A stretch of 64,000 nucleotides of DNA from Candidatus Marinacidobacterales bacterium (GTDB lineage: Bacteria > Acidobacteriota > Vicinamibacteria > Marinacidobacterales > SMYC01). The position numbers were made by a program, and so were the translations under genes. This document shows, in pieces, positions 1 through 10,070 of the stretch. The notes beneath the pieces are model-generated. The model was not told the DNA's origin. It saw nothing but the letters and a program-made list of their open reading frames with translations, and did no database searches. Location: contig OZ250169.1 in assembly GCA_965237955.1 (NCBI GenBank), positions 4,224,001 through 4,288,000 on the forward strand, given 5' to 3'. Position 1 is the stretch's first letter; every line of letters begins with the position of its first letter.

Positions 1-236
1 AAAAGATCAACGCCAAGGCGCCAAGACGCCAAGACGCGAAGAGAACTGATGTCAGTCCTTTGCGTCCTTGCGCCTTTGCGTTTTTTTCTTCTTTTTAGGC
101 GTCCCAGGGGGACGGGCTTCGGACGACTTTTCCCGCTACCGCGGACTCGATGCAGTCCTCGAGGCTTCCGTATGCCACGTGCACGTCGAGTAGCCCGGGG
201 AATACAAGGCGTAGTTGCCGGAGGTGGTCATCAGCG
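1..236. repeat. Second, diverged copy of the AcnX 3' end plus its downstream hairpin element (other copy at about 36847-37074)
   Basis: Near-identical to 36847-37074 by eye. It has one extra CGCCAAGA unit and a 1-nt shorter G run, and similarity ends at GTCATCAGCG (236). Confidence 0.9.
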
Positions 237-334
237 ACTGATTGTGATCATTCTCGATCCCGGATGAACATCTAGTATGGAAACGGGCCATCTTACTGCA
301 CTTCCCGAACAAGCTGGCCCTGCGGTCCCAAGCG

Positions 335-1777
335 CTAAGGGAGGCCGTCCTCAAGTTCCGGAACGTTCTTGGGTGTCACCTCCTGCTCCCACTCTTTGTG
401 AATTCGATCCAGCCGTTCGACGATGTCGGGCCGCTCACGTGCGTGGTTCCTGCGTTCAGGCTGCTCGTCGGCCAGATTCGCTAGGTGAACGGCGTCCAGC
501 ACCTTATAGCGGAGCGCGTATCTGTCGTCCACGAGGAGCTTCCAGTTGGCCTCGCGGACCATCCACGACTGCTCCCATTGCCAGTGCATCACGGAGTACA
601 GGCTCGAAGCCGTTTGATCCTCAACCATAGGCAGGACACTGTGGCCGTCCAACTCGACGCCGGCGGGAACCTTCACGCCACAGAGTTCGAGAACCGTTGG
701 ATACCAGTCCATGACCGTGACAGCCTGGTCGCGGACAATCCCATTCGGAAGCTTCCCAGGATAGCTCAGAATACCAGGAACGCGGATGCCTCCTTCGAGG
801 AAGCTGCCCTTCGCGCCGATCCACGGCCCGGTGTTGCCGCCACCGCCATTGGCGCCGTAGTCGTGGCCGCGTGGGTACCCGCTCAGGTGGCCGTCGACAG
901 TGATCTGGAGATCCTCGTCTGAGTGTCCATTGTCACTCATAAAAACGATGATCGTGTCCTTCAGAAGTTCCAGTGCCTCAAGCTGCGTCAGAACGCGGCC
1001 TATGTAGTCATCGGTCGTCGAAATCATCGCCGCGTACGACCTCCGAGGCTCAGGTAGATGCTTGTATCGTTCGCCGTGGCGAGCCAGAGACTGCTCGGGA
1101 TAGTGCGGGATGTTGAGCGCAAAATAGAGAAAAAATGGAACGTCCTGGTTCCTCTCGATGAATGAAAGCGCGCGTTCGCTCATCAGGTCGGGGAAATAGT
1201 GGTCACGATGAAACACTTCTTCGGTTCCTTCGTAGAGATCGTGAAAACCGGCGCCGTGCAGCTGATAGTGGATATAGTTGTCGATGAATCCGTCACGGAT
1301 GCCGAAGAACTCATCGAAGCCCTGTCTGGTCGGCCCGTGATCTGGATGCGCGCCCAAATGCCACTTTCCGAAAAGCCCCGTACGGTAACCAGCCGCCTGA
1401 AGGACCTCAGCGATAGTGACCTCGCTCAGGAACATATTTCGACTCTTTTGACCGTACGTCCTTCCCTGTGTCCACGAGTTCACATTCGATCGCTGCGGAT
1501 GCCGGCCCGTCATGAGCATGGCCCGGGCGGGACAACAGACCGTATGTGCGTAGGCTTGGGTGAAACGCACACCGCTGACTGCGATTTTGTCGATAGCCGG
1601 CGTATGCAGGTCCGTCGACCCGAAGCAGTGGGCGTCGAGTGTGCCCTGGTCGTCGGTCAGGATAAAAACAACGTTGGGACGTCTGACGCTCTTGGCGACA
1701 GAACTGCGGCTGAAGGCTGCAAGGCCGAGAACAACCGTGCCCGCGGTTTCCAGAAAATCTCGCCTGTTCCTGTTCAT
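335..1777 (-). CDS. TAT-exported formylglycine-dependent arylsulfatase
   Basis: NRRDFL twin-arginine signal, PNVVFILTDD, CCPARAMLMTG (CxPxR), GKWHLG, SDNG. ATG at 1777 follows a GAGGGAG RBS. Confidence 0.92.
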   Translation of the reverse strand: MNRNRRDFLETAGTVVLGLAAFSRSSVAKSVRRPNVVFILTDDQGTLDAHCFGSTDLHTPAIDKIAVSGVRFTQAYAHTVCCPARAMLMTGRHPQRSNVNSWTQGRTYGQKSRNMFLSEVTIAEVLQAAGYRTGLFGKWHLGAHPDHGPTRQGFDEFFGIRDGFIDNYIHYQLHGAGFHDLYEGTEEVFHRDHYFPDLMSERALSFIERNQDVPFFLYFALNIPHYPEQSLARHGERYKHLPEPRRSYAAMISTTDDYIGRVLTQLEALELLKDTIIVFMSDNGHSDEDLQITVDGHLSGYPRGHDYGANGGGGNTGPWIGAKGSFLEGGIRVPGILSYPGKLPNGIVRDQAVTVMDWYPTVLELCGVKVPAGVELDGHSVLPMVEDQTASSLYSVMHWQWEQSWMVREANWKLLVDDRYALRYKVLDAVHLANLADEQPERRNHARERPDIVERLDRIHKEWEQEVTPKNVPELEDGLP

Positions 1778-2276
1778 GTTCCGCTCCCTCATGAATCGCC
1801 TTATTGCCCTGACGGTCCCTCTGCCGGTGAGCTTCTCAGGTGTAGGAATTTCAAACGCCCTCTTGCGGCGGCTGATACGTATAATGGGTTGCTGCGAGGG
1901 AAGGTGCAAACCGGGTTGGGACGGGTGGGGCACGGGAACGGCGCCCGGTGCGGCGTAAGTGATCGTGGATGCGGTCGATCGCCTTGGGCGCTGTGATGAG
2001 GGCGACGATGCGCATTGTTTGGGGAGATACTCATCTGGGGCGCGGAACTCCAGCAGTCGCCGAACCCATCTGACGTTCCGGGGCGGCTCTGAGCCCCTCG
2101 ATGTCGGCCGCGCCGGGAGCCTCGGACATCAACGAGAACGTCATCCGTCGGGCGCGGGTTCCGTTTGACACGGTTCATCGGCACGTGTATGTATTTCAAA
2201 AATCCGTTACGCACGAGGATTCTGTGGCGGGAGGGAAGGGCGGCGCTGCCCGATCTTGTTGCCACCGGGGGCTCTC

Positions 2277-3689
2277 ATGGAAGAAGCCATTCTCTTTGGC
2301 TCGGTGGCCGAGTTGGGCCGGATGATACGCAGCCGGGAGATCTCTCCGCTCGAGTTGACAGCTGCCTACATCGATCAGGCCAACAAACTCGACCCACAAC
2401 TTCTCGCGGTCGTCACGCTGACCGAGGAATTGGCCGTCCAGCAAGCACGCGCCGCGGAAGCGGAGATCATGAATGGCCGCTACCGCGGACCGCTGCACGG
2501 AATCCCGTGGGGTGTAAAGGATCTGTTTGCCACCAACGGGATACCGACGCAATGGGGATCGCCCGCGTTTGGCGGGCAGACGTTTGACTACGACGCCACG
2601 GTGGTGCGGAAGCTACATGACGCCGGGGCTGTGCTCATTGCGAAGCTTGCGACCGGTGAGCTGGCCTATGGCGCCAAATGGTTCCGCGGTACCACCCGGT
2701 GTCCCTGGGATACGAGTCGCTCCAGCAGTGGTTCCTCGGCGGGACCCGGTGCGGCCACGGCGGCCGGGCTGGTTGGGTTCTCGATCGGGACCGAGACCGA
2801 GGGGTCGATCATTTCGCCTGCAAGCGTCAATGGGGTCGTCGGACTGCGCCCGACGTACGGGCGCGTGAGCCGATACGGCGTAATGGTGGCCGGCTGGACG
2901 ATGGACAAGCCCGGTCCCATGTGTCGGTACGTCGACGATTGCGCCACCGTGCTCCGGCACGTCATGGGAGCGGATCCTCTCGACCCGACGGCGGTGGATG
3001 CTCCGTTCGAAATCCCGCCGCAAGCGGGGATCCGCGGGAAAAAGATCGGGGTCCTGCGCGACGAGTTCGACATGCCCGACGACCCTGAGTTGAGACAGAT
3101 ACTCAATGCCCCTCTGGAGGTCCTGGAAAGCCTCGGGCTCGTCCTCGAAGAGACGGAGCTCAGGGATCTTCCGTACAGCGAGGTCTCGCGGTTGGTCGCC
3201 ATCGAAGAGGCCAGCTACTTCGAGCCCTTGATCGAGTCGCCGAGAGTCAACGAATTGCTCAGGAAGGATCACATCAACAGGTGGGCCGCTGCCCGCATGG
3301 TTCCTGCAATCGACTATATAAAGATGCAGAGGATTCGGGTCGAGATGATGCAGTATGCAAGCGAGTTGTTCGACCGTTACGCAGCGCTCGTGACGCCGGC
3401 CTGGATGGGGACGGCATGGGACGCCGATGCATCGGAAAGCGGGGTCATCTACCGGACCCGGCGCACCGACCCCGAGGACCCCGACAGCGCTTTGCATCCG
3501 AGGATCAGTCTGTTCTCGAACCTGGTCGGCGTTCCTACGGTTTCCGTCCCCTGCGGATTTACGGAGGGGGGGCTACCGATGGCCATCCAGTTTGTCGGTG
3601 CTGCGTTCGACGAAAGCGGGATTCTTCAACTGGCGCGTGCCTATGAACAGGCCACGACGTGGCATAAACGACATCCAGCTTTAGGTTGA
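2277..3689 (+). CDS. Amidase-signature family (GatA/AtzE-like) amidase
   Basis: GPLHGIPWGVKD, SGSSAG, IGTETEGSIISPAS, GLRPTYGRVSRYG motifs. Confidence 0.92.
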   Translation: MEEAILFGSVAELGRMIRSREISPLELTAAYIDQANKLDPQLLAVVTLTEELAVQQARAAEAEIMNGRYRGPLHGIPWGVKDLFATNGIPTQWGSPAFGGQTFDYDATVVRKLHDAGAVLIAKLATGELAYGAKWFRGTTRCPWDTSRSSSGSSAGPGAATAAGLVGFSIGTETEGSIISPASVNGVVGLRPTYGRVSRYGVMVAGWTMDKPGPMCRYVDDCATVLRHVMGADPLDPTAVDAPFEIPPQAGIRGKKIGVLRDEFDMPDDPELRQILNAPLEVLESLGLVLEETELRDLPYSEVSRLVAIEEASYFEPLIESPRVNELLRKDHINRWAAARMVPAIDYIKMQRIRVEMMQYASELFDRYAALVTPAWMGTAWDADASESGVIYRTRRTDPEDPDSALHPRISLFSNLVGVPTVSVPCGFTEGGLPMAIQFVGAAFDESGILQLARAYEQATTWHKRHPALG

Positions 3690-3707
3690 TCCTTCGGAGG
3701 ACTTCAC

Positions 3708-3983
3708 ATGGCCCAATTGATCAGTCGTAGAGAGTTGTTCATCGGCGCTGCCGGGACGACGCTGTTGTACACCGCGTGCGCCGAGGTTGAAGAAAAGGGA
3801 GAGCTTTCCGACGAGACCGTCAAGGCCTTCCTGGCATTCACCGATCAAGTGGTGGAAGGCGAAGAGCGGATCGCCGAGATCAAGAAAGCTCTCGAACGCT
3901 TTCTCGAGTCCATCCGGACGATCAGGGCGCACCGCGTACCACAGGCGGTGGAACCCGCGACAATGTTTCGGGCCAGGCGCTAA
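3708..3983 (+). CDS. Small TAT/lipoprotein-signal protein with GatC/AtzG-like C-terminus
   Basis: GGAGG RBS, SRRELF twin-Arg, LLYTAC lipobox-like, C-terminal ...VPQAVEPATMF. Starts 18 nt after the amidase. Confidence 0.7.
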   Translation: MAQLISRRELFIGAAGTTLLYTACAEVEEKGELSDETVKAFLAFTDQVVEGEERIAEIKKALERFLESIRTIRAHRVPQAVEPATMFRARR

Positions 3984-3985
3984 TG

Positions 3986-4013
3986 GCGCGCTGAATCAGC
4001 GCGCTCGCTCTTT
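3986..4013 (+). terminator. Hairpin after the amidase operon
   Basis: GCGCGCTG-AAT-CAGCGCGC followed by TCGCTCTTT. Confidence 0.4.
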
Positions 4014-4061
4014 GGCGCGTCACGCGTCATGAGGTGGGCAGCGCCGTTCGCCCCGGCGATC

Positions 4062-4580
4062 CCCGTATGGTCAAAAAACTCATGCAGCTTCGCGATAGTA
4101 GTATCGGAGCAGTCCGCCGAGCCGTTCCCAACAACGAACCAGGCCGACCCGACGCATCCTTTCGACGGCCGGGAACAACAATAGATTGCCCTTGCCTTGG
4201 TGATTCCTTTCCTCGTGGAAATGCGCGACATAGTGTTTCAGCGCGAGCCGAAGCGACCTCTCCCCGAAGAGGATGAGCTTCGACAGGCACTCGTCCTTCG
4301 CCGATCTCACCCAGTGCTCCGCGAATGAATTCAGATTCGGGCTTCTCGCGGGCAGTTTGACGGTTTTGATACCCACGGCTTCGACTTCGACGGTCATCTG
4401 AAACGCCTCGCAGAACTTTGGGTCCCGGTTGTGGATCAAGTAACGACTCGAGGAGAGAAACCCGACATCCGCCATGGTCACATTCCGTGCCACCTGGGTC
4501 ATCCACTGCCCGTCGGGATACGGTGTGATGCCGGCAATATAAACGCGCCGGGTAGCCAGGTGTATGAAGAATAACTGACA
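4062..4580 (-). pseudogene. 3' remnant of an integrase-core (rve, DDE) transposase
   Basis: YLIHNRDPKF, LPARSPNLNSFAE, ERNHQG, RLGGLLRYYYREAA; N-terminus missing. Confidence 0.85.
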
Positions 4581-4744
4581 CTTAATTCAACAGATCTGAC
4601 CACCGAGAACTCGCCCCGGATACCGCTGTGCGGGAGCGCGTTCGAGTTTATTGACCCTACCGGTTCTCACCAAGGAGATTCGCCGCTGCCATCGGGCGGC
4701 CGCATGAGTTTTTTGACCCTACGGGCATTGGGAAGCACTTGCGC

Positions 4745-5953
4745 CTATTTTGCCGGAGTCGTCGTTGTCACTTTTACAGGTGTTGTCTCTTGTACAGGCC
4801 CTGGTGCCTGCGCTTCGCTGAGAAAGTCTGGTCCGGCCACAGGCTCTTTCCTGATGACGCCGTTGAGCTCGTGGCGGAGGAGGGAGATGGTCTCGTAGAC
4901 GACTTTGCGCATCCTGTTGATACCACCGAGGGGGCGGTGCACTGGCAAGGCGTGCCAAGGCGTGAAGGAGAGGTTCTCGCAGAAGCTCATTTGCTCTTCG
5001 GAGCGGAAACTTTGCGAGGGAATGCGAACACGTGCGACCTCGATGAAAGGGGACTTTTCCTCCGACCATTCCACCATGGGGTTCTCTATCGGCATCGATG
5101 TGGCGTTTTTTTGAAACTGCACCATGAAGTCAAAACAACCTTCACCTTCATCCAGGTTGCGCTGCATGTTGTCGGCTAGGAAATCGTCTGAGTCGGTCTT
5201 CTTGTAGACACCCTTGTCCACTTCGCAGGGTTTCGCCGAGAACTTGATAGCCTGCTCGCCATAAAGGTAGGGCGCCATACTCCAATATCGGGTTTCGAGA
5301 GGATTGACCACGTCGACTTTGGTAATCGCCCTGGCGATTTCTGCGCCTGTTAAGTGCCAAGTACGTGGATTCCGGATCCCGACAAAGTACTTTAGAACGT
5401 CGCCGTCTTGCTGGTCCCTTGTGAACTCTAGGTAGTTGCTGGCCTTGTCGACAAAAAAGACCGGGTAGTCGATCATCAAGAAGTCCTGCGTTTGCTCGTC
5501 AATTTCGTCGGCCAGTAGCTTCTTGCCTTCGACTCCCATGAGCTTGATTGCCATGCCGCGGCCGTCGCCTATCTTATCGGGCTGTGGCGTCGGGTTTCCG
5601 TTGGAGTAGCGCACCCAAGCATCGAAACTGCGAGGCTCTTTGAACACGCCGATCTGCATCTCTGCAGGCAGTTCCTGAACCTCAAATTCGGCTCGGACAC
5701 AGCCATGTGCCTTGGCGTGTGCATCACGCCGGGCAGGGCGCTTGCCCGGCGGATACTCCTTGTGAATAAAGCCAGTGAGGAGATCGGTGACGGCGCGAAT
5801 GGCCTCCGGTTCGTCGTCGGGAATGCTCTCCAGCCCGGGCGTAGCAGGGTGAGATGGCTCAGGAGGCGCACTGCTACATGTGCTGACACACGCTGCAATG
5901 AGCCCCATGGCACCTGCCATCAAAAACAACTTTCCGATTTCCATGTCTTTCAT
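4745..5953 (-). CDS. Catalase-related heme lipoprotein (small catalase-like / allene-oxide-synthase-like family)
   Basis: RDAHAKAHG (distal His), RYSNG, GRGMAIK, RPLGGINRMRKVVY (proximal Tyr), N-terminal LIAAC lipobox. Confidence 0.85.
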   Translation of the reverse strand: MKDMEIGKLFLMAGAMGLIAACVSTCSSAPPEPSHPATPGLESIPDDEPEAIRAVTDLLTGFIHKEYPPGKRPARRDAHAKAHGCVRAEFEVQELPAEMQIGVFKEPRSFDAWVRYSNGNPTPQPDKIGDGRGMAIKLMGVEGKKLLADEIDEQTQDFLMIDYPVFFVDKASNYLEFTRDQQDGDVLKYFVGIRNPRTWHLTGAEIARAITKVDVVNPLETRYWSMAPYLYGEQAIKFSAKPCEVDKGVYKKTDSDDFLADNMQRNLDEGEGCFDFMVQFQKNATSMPIENPMVEWSEEKSPFIEVARVRIPSQSFRSEEQMSFCENLSFTPWHALPVHRPLGGINRMRKVVYETISLLRHELNGVIRKEPVAGPDFLSEAQAPGPVQETTPVKVTTTTPAK

Positions 5954-5996
5954 ACGTCCTGACCTCAATGTCCGTGCGGTGGGCTGTTCGCGTTCT

Positions 5997-6951
5997 CTAC
6001 AGGGTCTTCATGTATTCGACCAGCTGCCAGCGCTGCTCATCAGTCAAACCACCATCAGCTGGCTTCTTGGTTCCGTATTCGTGCCCGGCATTGGAATTGC
6101 CCTTCAGGCTCACGTCGAATGTAAAGGGCGCAAAGCCGGCTCCAGTCGTGGATGACTGGTCCATCGCATAACCAATCCGGATCGGGTCGTACATCCTGCT
6201 GCCCAGAACGAAGGTCTTGCTGCGTTCCTCGGCGGGTAGGAGAATTTCGTAGAGATTCGGCACGGAGCCGTTGTGAAGATAGGGCGCGGTCGCCCAGATA
6301 CCATTGAGTGGACGTCCCTTGTAGCCTTGATTGTCGTCGCTCGATCCGGTGTGAGTTGCATGCTCCTTGATGAGTGATTTGAGGGACTCTTCGGCGTGAT
6401 GCAGGAGCGAGCCGGCCACGCTGTTGATGAGTGGATTGAGGCCAGTGGTTGGGTCGGGAATCTTGTCGCCCGCGAGCACAACGACTTTCTTGCCAGCGAA
6501 CGGACCTGCCTCATAGGTGCGGCTCAGGTTGTTCAATTCGCCCGGATCCGTTCCAAGCTCATCGATAGGAGTGATCACTGCCTTGTACGCAGTCTTGATC
6601 GCTTCGTTTCGTGGAATCACTTGGTGGCACTGGGCGCACTGGGCTGCGAATAAAACTTCGCCCTTGGCAGCCTGTGCAGCATCGATCTTGGGAAAGACAT
6701 CCTGCGGCCACTGTGGCGAGCTTAGTTCGCGTACCCAGTTTTCGAGCCTGCCTAGGTTTTCGATCAGCATGCTGGATGCGTAGGTATCGCTGTCGCTGAG
6801 CTGTACTTTGCCATACACGCCAATGACCTCCCCGCCATTCCGTATCAGAGCTCCGGCCCCACTTACATTGGCGGCGAATCCGGTCCACTGGACAACGCTG
6901 GATTGATCGGTGCCCCACAGGAAGGGATAGCTTGCCGGCGCGTCAGCAGGT
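5997..6951 (-). pseudogene. C-terminal part of a di-heme cytochrome c peroxidase-like (RoxA/MauG-superfamily-like) protein, 5' end cut off by IS3
   Basis: CAQCH, YKGRPLNGIWATAPYLHNGSVP, GNSNAGHEYG. The frame runs back to [11 protein letters not shown] at the IS3 left end. Confidence 0.85.
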
Positions 6952-7001
6952 TGAACCGCCCCGGGTTTTCCGGAGACTCCAACTCTTGAGAGGATGGAGT
7001 C

Positions 7002-8232
<1,231 letters not shown>

Positions 8233-8262
8233 AACAGTCTCCGGAAAACCCGGGGCGGTTCA

Positions 8263-8797
8263 CCCCCGCTCGGCTCAGCGTGGGAGATGCAGACGAATCG
8301 CTTTCGGGTACTTCCTCCGCGAAAGCCTTCGCGAGGCCGAAGTCGAGCACCTTCACCTGGCCTTCGGCGTCGACCTTGATGTTGGCGGGTTTCAAGTCGC
8401 GGTGGATGACGCCCTTTTCGTGCGCGGCTTCTAATGCCTCCGCTATCTGTATGGAAAGCTGCAGTGCTTCTTGTTCGGGGATCGGTCCGCGTGCGATCCG
8501 CTCTGCGAGGGTTTCCCCCTCGACCAGTTCCATGACCAAGAACGGCTTGCCTTCCGCTTCTTCGAAACCGTGAAGTGTCGCGATTCCAGGGTGATTCAAG
8601 GCAGCGAGCAGCCGCGCCTCGCGCTCGAAGCGGGCCAGCTTTTGCGGATGTTGCGTGAACTCTTCAGGAAGGACTTTGATGGCAACGTCCCGGCCGAGCT
8701 TTGAATCCTTGGCCCTATAGACCTCCCCCATCCCACCTTTGCCGATGGGCTCGAGGATCTCGTAGTGGGCGAGTTTGTGACCGGGTTGGAGGGACAT
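8263..8797 (-). pseudogene. Hanks-type Ser/Thr kinase, 3'-truncated by IS3
   Basis: IGKGGMGEVY, VAIK, HRDLKPAN, DFG. The sequence stops at the IS3 right IR. Confidence 0.92.
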
Positions 8798-8932
8798 ACT
8801 CAGGGCGACGATGTTACGCCGATGGTCGACGGTCGGCAACTAAGGATCGGCGCGGGTAAGTGGCTCTAGGTGATGGGTTTTCGTCTCGGTGGACGATAAC
8901 GACGATGATCGGGGCGTTCCTCTTATATATAT

Positions 8933-9593
8933 GGGTCTACGCGGATTCGTGTGGGTAAGTTCTGACGGAAAAACAGTGTAACTCATTGTGTGGAAAAGGT
9001 ATCGAGTACTTCATCAGGTGCTGAAAAGTGGTCCATTTTTAGGATAGGCTAACCGAGTGAAAAATTCCCAGTCGATCCGCTCGCTGTTTGCGCTGCCAGG
9101 TTTCGTGGTGTGCCGGATTGAAGGGTCTATTCGGTGACCGATACGCCCGCGTCATCCAGCTCAAGAGGCGAAAAAAACAGCTGTGTGCTCTTACTGTGGG
9201 CAACGGTGCCGGGGGCGCTATGACAAGCAAGTGTGCCGGGTCCGCGACCTGTCGTTGGCAGGCTGGCGGATCTATCTGGAATACGAGCGTTGGCGCGTCA
9301 ACTGTCCTGGGTGCGGCGGTTTGCATGTAGAACACCTGGACTGGCTGGCGAACAACTCGCGCTACACCTAGCGTTTTGCGACGCATGTGGGCAAGCTGTG
9401 CCGGACAAGGCGGTGGCCGAGATGGAACGTCTGCGCCTCCTAGTTGAAGGGGTCAACAACAAAATCCGTGTGCTGCAACGACGCGCCTACGGCTATCGCG
9501 ACGAGGAATATCTCAAGCTGAAGATCGTGGCGGCTTTCCTTCCGCCATTACCCAGAAATGCCGTCTTCAACCCACACGAATCCGCGTAGACCC
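8933..9593 (+). mobile_element. Internally deleted ISL3-family element (661 bp)
   Basis: Perfect 23-bp IRs GGGTCTACGCGGATTCGTGTGGG and an 8-bp ATATATAT duplication (8925-8932 / 9594-9601). The zinc-finger N-terminus is fused to EGVNNKIRVLQRRAYGYRD, with an in-frame TAG at 9369. Confidence 0.93.
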
Positions 9594-9989
9594 ATATATA
9601 TATTGTTACTCCTTCTCTCCTTTTTTCCCTTCAAAGAAAGGAGAAACATCGTCGGCATCGACGCAAATGGGACAAGATGCCTAAGCTGAAGGGCTTGCCG
9701 TTGACGATGTTTTGGAGGGGATCGTCGACATCGTCGACCTAGTTGTAGCCGCGCCGTGCGCTATGCTTTGCGCCAGCAACGAACAGCGACGTCCCCGACA
9801 CGATATAGGAGAGCAGAAGGAAAGCGCTCGCCGCTTGCGATGTCGGATGCTGTCCGGGAACGACTGCCCAGTAGGCCGTGGCCGCCATACCTATGAAGAG
9901 GTATCCGAAGCGAAAGAGGATCGTGACGGCAAGCCTCACGACACTTCTCCCCGTTTGCGAGTACCAGGCAACGCCGAAACTCGCCACCT

Positions 9990-10070
9990 TGCAATCCGAT
10001 TGCATTAGCCATCTCAGCGACATAGCTGTCCGCACCGGCCACAAGATCAAATGGGACCCGGAGAAGCAGC
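9990..10070 (+). pseudogene. Short C-terminal remnant of a Gfo/Idh/MocA-type oxidoreductase
   Basis: SDCISHLSDIAVRTGHKIKWDPEKQ resembles the typical C-terminus of this family. Confidence 0.5.
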
